50,682 nt of DNA. It comes from Octopus bimaculoides. Taxonomy: Eukaryota. Of the stretch, positions 23,791-34,897 are shown piece after piece. Where the stretch lies: the NCBI RefSeq assembly GCF_001194135.2, contig NC_068983.1, positions 56,756,778-56,807,459 of the forward strand. Reading direction: 5' to 3'. The position numbers and the translations under genes are program-made. The stretch's first letter is position 1; every line of letters starts with the position of its first letter. The notes below the pieces were generated by a model. The model searched no databases and was not told where the DNA came from. It saw only the letters and a list, made by a program, of their open reading frames with translations.

Positions 23791-24019
23791 TTGTTACATA
23801 GAGAAAGAAATAATGGAAATCAATTATGGTATTGATTGCCAGAGAAAATGCAAATTCAAAAATTGCATAAGAATAATGCAACATATAAGAATAACACTGT
23901 TCATTCTTTATTCGTTTCCATATTTCTATATCTACTTAGCGTATGACTACTTCTGTGCGCATGTGCGGGTGATTGTAAGGTAGGTGTGCGTTTCCTGTTG
24001 ACTTCCTGTGAGCAAGGAC

Positions 24020-24424
24020 GGTGATGATGTTATTGTCGATTACATGAGAAAAAAAAATGAAAGGATAATCAGGATGATGACAGCGGCGGTGGTGGTTTTG
24101 GTTGTTGTTTTGGTGGTGGTGGTGGTGGTGGTGGTGGTGGTTGTAATGATAGTGATCATGAGGTTGACGAAGACGGCGACAGCCGGAATAATTATTAAGT
24201 TGATAATGATGATGACGATGATGAAGGTAATGATGATGATGATGATCATGATGATGGTGATGATGGTAATGATGCTGCTGCTGATGATGATGATGATGAT
24301 GAGGAGGAGCAGGAGGAGGAGCAGGAGGAGGAGCAGGCGGAAGATGGTATTGGTGACGATAGTGGTGGCGATGGTTGTAATGATGATGACGATAACAATG
24401 TCGACGTTAATGGTGATGATGAAA

Positions 24425-24458
<34 letters not shown>

Positions 24459-24525
24459 GAAGGAGGAGGAGGAAGAGAAGGATGGTAGTGGTGTTGGTGA
24501 TGATGATAGTTGCCGCAGTGTCGTT
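24020..24525. repeat. Degenerate (GGT)/(GAT)/(GAG) trinucleotide field
   Basis: Directly visible. It is the source of the poly-M/V/D ORF 24008-24541. Confidence 0.92.
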
Positions 24526-24668
24526 GGTCTTGTTGATTTAAATATTAACAATAATATTAATGTTAATCGTAATAAAACGTTTTTCTTTGTCTGCGTCAAG
24601 GACATCTTAATGACGAAAGACAATGCAAAACGTTCTGAGCGAAAGAATTGTTTTCAAATACATGCCAT

Positions 24669-24703
<35 letters not shown>

Positions 24704-24728
24704 TATGCAAATATGTATGTATGTATCC

Positions 24729-25133
24729 CATTATTCAGTTTATTTCAAGATTTCTTGTCAATAGAGAGACACGATTTCTAACATAGATCCAAGGTTCCTT
24801 CATTGGCATTTCAACATCAACAACGGGGTATTTTTGTATGTATGTATGTATGTATGTATGTATGTATGTATGTATGTATGTATGTATGGATAGATGTATA
24901 CGTGCAGATGTATATGCTTTGCTTTATGTATGTATTATCATGTGTATAGTTGCATATCTAGACATGCTCATATATATTTAAATGATACACTTCTGGAAAG
25001 TTTTACAGATTCTTACAGTTCCAGTGATGGATTGGATTGTAGTCTTCGAATTAGCTTTCTCCTTTCTGGTTTTGAGAATCCAAATTTACCAAGATTGGTG
25101 TTTAGGCAGTGTGTTACATATCCCAGGGTCCCA
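24729..25133 (-). mobile_element. 5'-truncated 3' end of a second REL-type non-LTR retrotransposon family (copy 1), 3' UTR containing (CATA)n
   Basis: Minus strand 25133-24978 reads GTLGYVTHCLNTNLGKFGFSKPERRKLIRRLQ(-1 fs)IQSITGTVRICKTFQKCII*, the same G-x-LG...[IL]Q...GT-x-x-I-x-[RK] pattern as REL C-termini. Then follow an ~85-bp UTR, (CATA)n (24893-24836), a 107-bp terminal module ending CAAGAAATCTTGAAATAAACTGAATAATG, and a short (CATA) tail. Confidence 0.72.
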
Positions 25134-25188
25134 TGCATGTATGTGTGTATGTATGTATGTATGTATGTATGTATGTATGTATGTATGT

Positions 25189-25458
25189 CATTATTCCGTT
25201 TATTTCAAGATTTCTTGCCAATAGAGAAATAGTCAGTTTCTAACCTAGATCCAAGGCTTCTTCGTCGGAATTTCAACATCAACAACAAGGTATTTTTGTT
25301 TCTATGGATTATGTATGCATGTATGTATGTATGTATGTATGTATGTAAGTATGTATGCATGTATATATGTATGTATGGATGTATTTATGTATGTATGTAT
25401 GTATGTATGTGCAGATTTGTACGTTTTATGTGTGTATTCTCATGCATATAGTTGCATA
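25189..25458 (-). mobile_element. Second, shorter copy of the same element (UTR piece + (CATA)n + terminal module)
   Basis: 25189-25297 aligns with 24729-24835 (CATTATTC.GTTTATTTCAAGATTTCTTG.CAATAGAGA...TAGATCCAAGG...TTTCAACATCAACAAC.GGTATTTTTG). 25410-25458 aligns with 24905-24958 (GCAGAT...TATAGTTGCATA). Confidence 0.8.
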
Positions 25459-25554
25459 CATACATATATACATACATACATACATACATACACACGGAAG
25501 TATGAGGATTTTCGAAATCTTATTTCATGTTATGAATATCTCCTTTCTGCTCTT

Positions 25555-25824
25555 TGATTCTTTGCCCTTCATTTTCTTTCTCTCTCTCTCTCTCTCTCCC
25601 TCTCTTCATAGAGAACCTTGTATTCTCTGACTGCTTCTCACTTTCTCTCTCTCTCTTTCTCTTTGCTTTTCTCTCTTTCCTATCTCCCTTTCTTTCTCTC
25701 TCTCTTATCTGTCTTTCTCTCTCCACAGAAAACAACTCTTTTCTCTTTGTCACTTTTCTCTTTCCCTTTCTTCTCCCTCCACCGAAAATATCTATTCTCT
25801 CTTTCTTTTTCCTCCCTCCCCCTT

Positions 25825-25856
<32 letters not shown>

Positions 25857-26030
25857 AATATATCTATTCCCTGCCTGTTTCTCCCCTCGCTCTATGTTCT
25901 CCTCTCACACTCTCCCGCCTCTCTTCAACTTGCAGTTTCTTCCCTCTCACAAATCCCTCCTTAAAACTCACCTCCTCTCTTTCCAACTCCGTCTCCATCT
26001 CTCTCTCTCTCTCCCCTCCTCCTCTCATTA
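25555..26030 (+). repeat. ~475-bp polypyrimidine (CT-rich) low-complexity tract
   Basis: Almost entirely C/T on the + strand, with (CT)n runs. Confidence 0.92.
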
Positions 26031-26331
26031 GTACTTTTGATAAGATTTACCAAACCAGAATATATGTTTAGTTCAATTACAGTATTATTTCCTCAGCCAA
26101 GCAAACATTTCCAACTAAATCAGATTTCCATATCTACTGATTTCCATATCTAGCAGAACATTCAACATGTAACGCTGGTGACAGTGGTGATGATGGTGAT
26201 GATGGTGATGATGGTGAAGGCTAGTATTATCGCGCTGGTGAGTTAGATAGATAGAGGCTTATCTTAAGATGACAACGGTGACTGAACTGCAGCTGGTGAG
26301 GACGTTGTTGGCGTTGTTAATCCAGCGCTGA

Positions 26332-26770
26332 CAACGCTGGATTAACCATTAAGCAAAAATAGGTACATGCTTAGGAAATCAAAGGAAGGAGGGGGGCACC
26401 ACGGAGATGGTAAATGGTTTACGGCACAAAAGAAATCACTTTAAACTTACTAAAATAGCATTCGGTATGTCTTATCTCTCCTAAGGATAGAAGCAGATGT
26501 GATGCGTAAAATCAAATTTTGAGGATCTGATTCAAGACTTTCCAAATTAACAAAGTAGAACAGAACATTCCAAAATATAATTAAATCGAAAGTATTAAAA
26601 AGAAAGATAAGCATTATTTTCCATCTAACTGTTAGTTTTGTGTAAGTTTGAAAAATAAAAATTCAGTTTGTGATATATCATTGCTCACACTTTGAATTAC
26701 GGATATATGGGTGTGGGGCACCAAAATCTATGAAGTACTTAGAGTCTCTATGGGTCTCAATGTGGCCCTG
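26332..26770 (+). mobile_element. Internally deleted hAT element retaining the dimerisation-domain C-terminus
   Basis: Left end CAACGCTGGATTAACC and right end GTCTCAATGTGGCCCTG are variants of CAGGGCCGGATTAA..TTAATCCGGCCCTG hAT termini. ~26475-26560 encodes LSLLRIEADVMRKIKF(fs)EDLIQDFPN*QSR, like the hAT C-terminal LxxLxIExD..F..LIxxFA.xKxR pattern. Confidence 0.75.
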
Positions 26771-26866
26771 ATTGTTGCTGCTAAGATCAAGATCTCTGCG
26801 GTTGTTGTATTGCAGCGGATGATGTCTTTGTAATACTGTTGTTGCAGTTGTTTAGTATAAGTTTAG

Positions 26867-27247
26867 TGGAGACGCAATGGCCCCGTGGTTAGGGCAGCAG
26901 ACCCGCGGTCATAGGATCGCAGTTTCGATTCCCAGACCTGGCGATATTGGTGTTTATTGAGCGAAAACACCTAAAGCTCCACGAGACTCCGGCAGGAAGT
27001 GGTGGCGAACCCGGCTGTATTCCTTCACCACAACTTTCTCTCACTCTTTATTCCTGTTTTTGTTGTACCTGTATTTCAAAGGGGCCAGCCTTGTCACACT
27101 CTCTGTCACACTGAATCTCCCCGAGAACTACGTTAAGAGTACACGTGTCTGTGGAGTGCTCAGCCACTTGCACGTTAATTTCACGAGCAGGCTGTTCCGT
27201 TGATCGGATCAACTGGAACCCTCGTCGTCGTAACCGACGGAGTGCCA
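26867..27247 (+). mobile_element. SINE family A, full length, with target-site duplication
   Basis: Full head to tail. Flanks are AGTATAAGTTTAG (26854-26866) and AGTATAAGTTCAG (27250-27262), a 12/13 match. Confidence 0.93.
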
Positions 27248-27407
27248 CGAGTATAAGTTCAGTTCTGATTACGTAGTTGTGTTCTGTCCTTCTCCTATGT
27301 GCACATAACTCCAAACCACAATACTCAATGTGTCCTGTTCTAAGATGATGATCTGTGATGTCCAGTTAATTTGGCTGCGATGTTTAGGATATTCAATAAA
27401 AAACAAG

Positions 27408-27746
27408 AAGCTGGCATTTTGTCGGTTACGATAACGAGAATTCTAGTTGATCCAATTAACAAAACAGCTCCCCCGCCCCCGTGAAATTAACGTGCAAGTG
27501 GCTGAATACTCCACAGACATGTCTACCCATAGCGTAGTTCTCAGGTAAGCTCATACATATATGTGTGAAAGAGAATGTGACAAGTTTGGCCATTTGAAAT
27601 AGATGTACTACTCAATTTTTACTAGTTGAATGAACAGCAGAAACATGAAATAAAATGTCTTGTTTAAAGATACAACGCGCCGGTGGGAGTCGAACTCACG
27701 ACATTACGATCGTAAGCTAACTACCCTAGCCACTAAGCTACGTGTC
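27408..27746 (-). mobile_element. tRNA-derived SINE with a family-D-type head and core but the family A 3' module
   Basis: Minus strand reads GACACGTAGCTTAGTGGCTAGGG (A box)..GAGTTCGACTCCC (B box)..GTTGTATCTTTAAACAAGACATTTT (CORE-like)..GAGAACTACGCTATGGGTAGACATGTCTGTGGAGTATTCAGCCACTTGCACGTTAATTTCACG..GGATCAACTAGAATTCTCGTTATCGTAACCGAC (family A tail). Confidence 0.78.
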
Positions 27747-28412
27747 ATTTAACATGTTAAATGTCTGCATGAAGACTTCTCCGTTGTTTAAGTCGACGGT
27801 AGTGGTACGGCAGAGCAGTTTTAGTCTTGGTGACGTTGATACTGATGGATGTTGCTGTTATATTTGTTGTTCTTTTTTAACCCATGGTCAGCCTATGAGG
27901 AAAGACGTTCCAGCCATGACCAACATGCTATGTTGGCACACAGAAAGACATAAGGAGAGAAAAAAAAGTATATATATATATACTTTATTGAAAATCAGCA
28001 GAAATATCACAAAAAACGTTCCCGTTCGTCGGACAGTTTTGTTTTGTTTCGTTTCTCTTTCTCTCTCTCTCTCTATATATATATATAGAGAGAGAGAGAG
28101 AAAAGAAAATGAAAGCTAAACCTCAACCATGGTGTAATGTGAACTCAGAATGCTATGACAACTGAAATGTCGCAACGAATTTGGCCCGGGCGCTAACGAT
28201 TCTCTTTCCTCGCCGCCTTTCCCTCTTATCCTCATTAAAAGAACTTTAAGTGGTGCTAGTTACTGTCAATATTTTGAATTTACATTCTGTGAAAAGTAAT
28301 ACGTCTTATAATTTGACGTCGTGTGGAGTTCGTAGAGTAGGCACATCCTAAGGAGGGGCTACTTTCTGCAGTCGAAAGTATGTCGCGTCTCAGGAATGTA
28401 ATGGCTGATTTA

Positions 28413-28537
28413 CGAGGGGTGTATGAAAAGTTTTGATCCTTCAAGGTCTTTGAGCCTTGAAGACGTGTACCTTCATCAGAGGTCTTGTATCAGGCTTTGT
28501 CTTTTTTTGAGGCTCAACACTTTTCATACACCCCTCG
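28413..28537. mobile_element. 125-bp mariner-type MITE
   Basis: TA|CGAGGGGTGTATGAAAAGTTTTGA ... TCAACACTTTTCATACACCCCTCG|TA, a 23/24 TIR match. A diverged relative lies at 34641-34743. Confidence 0.92.
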
Positions 28538-28669
28538 TAGTTACGGCACACGATACAAAAAATAGCATACCGCAGCACTGATTTCATCTTCAGCGGAAAT
28601 GAATGCCATGCGATACATAATCTAAAATATTAATATAACTATAGATAGTTTAATTCGTAATAATTTTAA

Positions 28670-28985
28670 TGCGGAACCAGGATATTGAGAGGAGGGGGGA
28701 AGTAGATTATATCAACTTCAGTAATAAATTGGTACTTTATTTTATTGCTCATGAAAGCAAATTTGACCGGGACGGGTTTTGTACTTAGAACGTAAATAGT
28801 CGGACGAAATGTTCCTAAGCGCTTCATCCGATGCGCTAACAAGTTTGTCAGCTCGCTCTTTGAATAAGATGATTTCATAGTTTGGTACAAGGCGAGCAGT
28901 TTTATTGCAGAGGGAGTAAGTAGATTCCATCGACCCCTGTACTCCACTGGTACTTATTTTATCGATCTCGAAAAGATGAAAGGCT
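28670..28985 (-). mobile_element. Two old SINE family C copies or fragments
   Basis: Contains ACTGGTACTTATTTTATCGATCTCGAAAAGATGAAAGGC and CTTAGAACGTAAA..GGACGAAATG..CTAAGC..GCTAAC..TGTCAGCTCGC. Confidence 0.7.
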
Positions 28986-29427
28986 GAATTTAGAATCCGT
29001 GGAAGCTGAATTTGGAGTCAGAAAGAAACACCGAACTAACTAACCAATTAGGAGCGAGCCATCGAGGAAGCTTCAAATGCTAAAAATAGCAAGCATAACA
29101 CACTCAATGCTATGTGTTGAATGCTTTAAAAAAGGATACATGGGATAATGTAAAACCTGGGGTATATTATGCCTGCAGGCCTAAAAAAAAGTGACAGTCG
29201 CCGTTACCATTCTGATATGGGAAGGTCGTTCGTTAATCTCAGCGGGTGGATTCAATTTTTTTAAGTGAATTTCTCCTCAGGAAATTAACGTGTAAGTAGC
29301 TGGGTATTCCACAGACACGTCTATAATTAACAAAGTTGCCGGGCAGAGTCAGGTTGACATGATGTAATAGTAATAAAGCTGACTGTTTGAATGGTCTGAT
29401 AATAAGCTAGAAAGAGTGAATGATAGA

Positions 29428-29565
29428 AGAAGAAGAAGAAGAAGAAGAAGAAGAAGAAGAAGGAGGAGGAGGTGATACTGCTGCTGCTGCTGATGATGAT
29501 GATGAAAAGTAAGGAGCAGCAGGAGGAAGAGACAAAGCATATAGAAAAATAAATAAATAAATAAT

Positions 29566-29618
<53 letters not shown>

Positions 29619-29694
29619 TAATATTAATAATAATGATAATAATAATAATAATGATAATAATATTAATAATAATGATAATAATATTAATAATAAT
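29428..29694. repeat. (GAA)n and (AAT)n microsatellites running into an N-gap
   Basis: Directly visible. Confidence 0.93.
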
Positions 29695-30437
29695 NNNNNN
29701 NNNNNNNNNNNNNNNNNNNNNNNNNNNNNNNNNNNNNNNNNNNNNNNNNNNNNNNNNNNNNNNNNNNNNNNNNNNNNNNNNNNNNNNNNNNNNNNNNNNN
29801 NNNNNNNNNNNNNNNNNNNNNNNNNNNNNNNNNNNNNNNNNNNNNNNNNNNNNNNNNNNNNNNNNNNNNNNNNNNNNNNNNNNNNNNNNNNNNNNNNNNN
29901 NNNNNNNNNNNNNNNNNNNNNNNNNNNNNNNNNNNNNNNNNNNNNNNNNNNNNNNNNNNNNNNNNNNNNNNNNNNNNNNNNNNNNNNNNNNNNNNNNNNN
30001 NNNNNNNNNNNNNNNNNNNNNNNNNNNNNNNNNNNNNNNNNNNNNNNNNNNNNNNNNNNNNNNNNNNNNNNNNNNNNNNNNNNNNNNNNNNNNNNNNNNN
30101 NNNNNNNNNNNNNNNNNNNNNNTACACACATACACACATAGATAATTATGTATACACACATATATACATATATATGTGTGTGTGTATATGTGCATATACA
30201 TATTTATCTATCTATCTATCTATCTATCTATCTCTTTGTCTGTCTGTCTGTCTGTCTCTGTGTCTGTCTCTATGTATGTATGTATGTATGTATGCTGGTG
30301 AGTATGTGTGTATGTATGTATGTATGTATGTATGCATGTATGTATGTATGAGTGTGTATGTATGTATGTATGTATGTTCGTATGAATGTATAGTCTGCAT
30401 TAGTATTTGTCTGAAATGTGCGTATTAGTAATTTGTA

Positions 30438-30490
<53 letters not shown>

Positions 30491-30979
30491 GACTGTATAG
30501 TATACTGCGTTTCTGTAGACGTTTATTTACGTGACAGAGAAAGAAAAAGAAAGCGAGAGTGAGAGAGAGAGAGAAATACTGTGTATGAGATTAGTAAGAT
30601 CAACTGACCAATGGTTTTATTTAAAGCGAAAGTAGCTATGGTTGGTCAACTAATAAGCTTAGCATAACAAAGAGTGGGCACAGGAAACGTTGAAGTTGAA
30701 ATCAGAGAGAAAAGAAACGACCGTGTGTAACCGGAACTGTAATCTGATAAAGTGACAGAGATTAGAAACATTGTAGGTGTGTGATAGGAGGAGAGGGGTT
30801 TGGGAGGAGGAGATGAAACAACTTTGGAAAACGAGGCGAAAGAAAGAAAGAGACACAGTGTTATTTAGAGGAAGAACGAGTAAGAATGTAAGTAGGAGGT
30901 AGTGAGTGTGATTGATTAAGAGAAGGAGAGTGTGTGAAAACGGATGTTGCCAAAGCAAGATTGATCGTGTCTGTGTGAT

Positions 30980-31029
<50 letters not shown>

Positions 31030-33345
31030 ATGTGCAAATATATACACACACGCATGTATACAAGCTCATACATACACCATGTATAGGCATGTGTGTATTA
31101 GCCGTATACATATGTATGTATGTACGTATTCTTTTACTCCTTTACTTGTTTNNNNNNNNNNNNNNNNNNNNNNNNNNNNNNNNNNNNNNNNNNNNNNNNN
31201 NNNNNNNNNNNNNNNNNNNNNNNNNNNNNNNNNNNNNNNNNNNNNNNNNNNNNNNNNNNNNNNNNNNNNNNNNNNNNNNNNNNNNNNNNNNNNNNNNNNN
31301 NNNNNNNNNNNNNNNNNNNNNNNNNNNNNNNNNNNNNNNNNNNNNNNNNNNNNNNNNNNNNNNNNNNNNNNNNNNNNNNNNNNNNNNNNNNNNNNNNNNN
31401 NNNNNNNNNNNNNNNNNNNACACACACACACATGTATATATATATATATTGAGTATAAGTATATGTACGAGTGAGTGCGTGTGTCTCTGCGTATGTGTGT
31501 GTGTGCGCGCATCTGTTAACTTTGGGGTTGATATTTTCAGCATTTGAAAGAAAATATTTACCGATGCAGAATCTCAATAGAAAAAGTTGAATGGAATGCT
31601 TTATAAAATTAGTTTCGACTGGGACTCCAGGTTTCGCCTAGAGTCTTCATCGAGCAGTGATAATTTTTCTTTCTAACAGTTCATACACAAGCAAAAGAAA
31701 AGAAAAGGGGACATATCTTCATTTTGAGAATAAACCGTAAACACGTTTATTGAAATTTGTAGGTAGACGTGCAAATGGACGTGTTTTATTCGTTTGGACT
31801 AAATTATGACACTGGATTGACGGTGGTAGTAGGGTGGAATTTGGAGCAAGCCTTTCGTTATTAATTTCATTTTACTTTTTTATTTCAAACTCCATCGAGG
31901 TCTTATTCGTCATCATCATCCAGCGTTTTAAATCCGGGTTTTGTCCCCGTTAACGGGGGTGGACGGATTTACTTCAATGCCATAGTAACTGAGCCAGGCA
32001 GGTGCAGCCCACCCCAACCTTTGAGCTGGCTGGTGCCTATTCTCCTTTGCTATCATGGGGCGTTTTTGCCTACACGCAAACTCAGTTTCTAGACATGAGT
32101 GGTCCCCAGACCAAGGCCTCTACCATGATTTCTAAGAAATGTGGTGGAAAACTAGCTCAGGAAGGTAGAGACGCTACTCTTTGGGACCCCTTTCGGAGCC
32201 CCCTACCTAATTTCCTTTCTTATTTCTGAGCTCGCTATAAGAACATCTTGCTATGGAATCGGTCTGATATAATCGACTGCTCCCATACCTCATTATATTT
32301 ATGTTTAAAATGCTAGTTTTTCAAACAGAACTATGAGATATAATAACGAAGAAAATGTGAGTATCTAGAGAAAGAAATCAAAATCAACGATCGTCAGTTG
32401 AATGGCGGAATCATTTGTGTGGAATTTCTCCTGAATTTATTAAATGTCAAGAAGATAGTGTTGAAGTTTAAAGAAGGTGACAATTAGTTTTGAATATTTC
32501 ATAATCTATTTCTATGCCTGTTTATTTATTTTATGCTTGTGTTTGTGTAACGCAAAATACGTGTATTAAACTTTATATTCAATATTATATACCAACATTT
32601 ACTGCGCTGATTCATTGGCAGACGTTTCCAAGCAGTACTCATTGATTCATTCATAATAACCTCTTCTGTCAGTCCACATTCTTCGTGTTAATGATACACT
32701 CCTCATACTATATCAGTGGTAATGTCTTTGCTTTTACGCATTTATGTTTTATTAATTTTCAGCTTTTTTTCCTTGATTTCATTTACCTCCCCTTTATCTA
32801 CTTCCTTTTTACAGTTTGATGAATCACCATTAATGTGATCAGGCTAAAGTTACAAACTCATTTAATGCTTTTATGGATATAGTTATGTATGTGGTTTTGT
32901 GAATTTATGGAAAGTGAATAAAGATTGCTCAGCACGAATCCCAGTTTTCTATGGTCAATTGACCACACCAGTGAACAAATCGAGACTTCACATGTCACTG
33001 GGGGAGCAGTGGGGCAAGCGTTGTACAACATCCGCTGTCGGTTGCTTTGCATTCTGAAAAATTGGACATGTATGGGCAGTGGAAACTTGTTGGTCTTAGT
33101 TATGAGTGACTTGAGGTGGCCGATGACATGAAGTTTCTTTTGAAGTACAATTTATAGGACATCGAGCTGTTCTTAAATGCCTAATACTCCTCAAGAAATG
33201 CTGGTAGACCACAGTTTATCTCTCCTTTCCGTAATACAGGTTGACAGTTTCGAGTTGTTTTTCAGGTGTTCTGTGAAAAAACGAGCTCTTTTGTTGGCGA
33301 CACTAGAATGGGTAAGGTATAGATTCTTTCTATATTACTGATGGC

Positions 33346-33708
33346 TGGAGGCGCAATGGCCCAGTGGTTAAGGCAGCGGACTCGCGGTTTCGATTCCCAG
33401 ACCGGGCGTTGTCAGTGTTTATTGAGCGAAAACACCTGAAGCTCTATGAGGCTCCAGCTGGGGGTGGTGGCGAACTCTGCTGTACTTTTTCACCACAATT
33501 TACTCTCACTCTTTCTTCCTGTTTCTGTTGTACCTGTATTTCAAAGAACCAGCCTTGTCACACTGTGTCACGCTGAATATCCCCGAGAACTACGTTAAGG
33601 GTACACATGTCTGTGGAGTGCTCAGCCACTTGCACGCTTCTTTCAGGAGCAGGCTGTTCCGTTGATCGGATCAACTGGAACCCTCGTCGACGTAACCGAC
33701 GGAGTGCC
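33346..33708 (+). mobile_element. SINE family A, full length, with degraded TSD
   Basis: Full match to family A with a (GTA)n tail. Flanks are TATTACTGATGG (33333-33344) and TATTGCTGACGG (33716-33727), a 10/12 match. Confidence 0.93.
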
Positions 33709-34640
33709 GTAGTAGTATTGCTGACGGAAATATCAATTCGTTATAAGAACAGAGTGCAATACTTCGAAAATATAAATATCGGCTCCCTTTTGCTCCTCAT
33801 TTAATGGTAGTAATGTTCCATTGTGTCTTTTAACGGCTTCGGATATTTTTCTCTTTTGCTTGCAAATTAATGCCGTTCGCTGAAAAGCGTTTGCAATTTA
33901 TAATCATTCGGAAAATATTTTCGGATTAGGAAGAAAAAATATTTTTCAGCACCGGTTTCTTGCAGCAATATTATAACGTGCCTGACACCAAACGACATAT
34001 TTATTACTATACTTTATAAGGCAGCTTCTAGATTTTGTTGATGAATACTTTATAATTTCCTGTAATCGGCTTTGAGATAATGCTTCGGAGATGTAACCTG
34101 CGGCACTGGTGAAAGGGAAATCAACAGGGAATAACACACATATACTCATGCGGATGTTTATTTGCATTCGCTTCAAGACGTTCAGTGAATGGTTGAGTTT
34201 GGCATGGATAGACAGATCAGTGTTGAAGGGTTTTACGATTACTGTTACATCAACAAAGATTCCTAAGGTATATACATGGGAAATGTAAATATATTTGTTA
34301 GAGAGAAGTCGTCTAACACATAGCTCCGTCGGAGATATAAACTCTGGAGAAATGCCGCAATAAATATGGGTAATCACGAGGAATATAAATTAAATATGAT
34401 ATATAAATGGCTATTTTTATCTGATATTGCTGCTGTTACATATAATGGAATTTTACTTAGCTGGGTAACTACTTGTAATGCCACTTATTGTTTAGCACAA
34501 TTTTCAGATATATCCGTGGTTACAGTTTTTGTCTAAGGATGTTGGCAGCCAGTTCGCTTATTGATAGCTTCCAATGAGACACGAATACATCTAACATTTT
34601 AATTTGTTGCAGCAAGTGAGTGTTTTGTCTCTTTGATATA

Positions 34641-34743
34641 TAAAGGGTGTGTGAATAGTCTTGAGCCTCAAAAGAACAAACCATGGTACAAGACTTCAAG
34701 GTTCAAAGGCCTTGAAGACTCAAACCTTTTCATCCACCCCTCG
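34641..34743. mobile_element. Diverged copy of the 125-bp mariner MITE (opposite orientation to 28413)
   Basis: AAGGGTGTGTGAATAGTCTTGAGCCTCAAAAG ... CCTTGAAGACTCAAACCTTTTCATCCACCCCTCG|TA. Confidence 0.75.
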
Positions 34744-34897
34744 TATAGGTTTCTTTCGAGTCTTGAGGAAACGTTTTAATATTGATGCAGTTGAAGCTCT
34801 CCGTGTATTGATTAGACATTCATTTATAAAATATGTGGAGATTTGAAGAGGTTATGCGTCTTAGAATAGTCGAAGCTAAATATAGTTAAATAGGGTA

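Noticed and set aside
27676-27746. tRNA-like sequence with A and B boxes on the minus strand
   Set aside because: It has no clean cloverleaf or acceptor stem and continues into a SINE core and tail. It is a SINE head, as are the tRNA-like heads of families A-D.
30530-30975. GA-rich unique segment that could be a UTR or promoter
   Set aside because: There is no diagnostic motif, ORF or splice structure to support a call.
33946-34600. 143-aa minus-strand ORF and a long, sparsely interrupted plus-strand frame
   Set aside because: No recognisable motif in either direction. The composition is compatible with an old unclassified repeat or chance.
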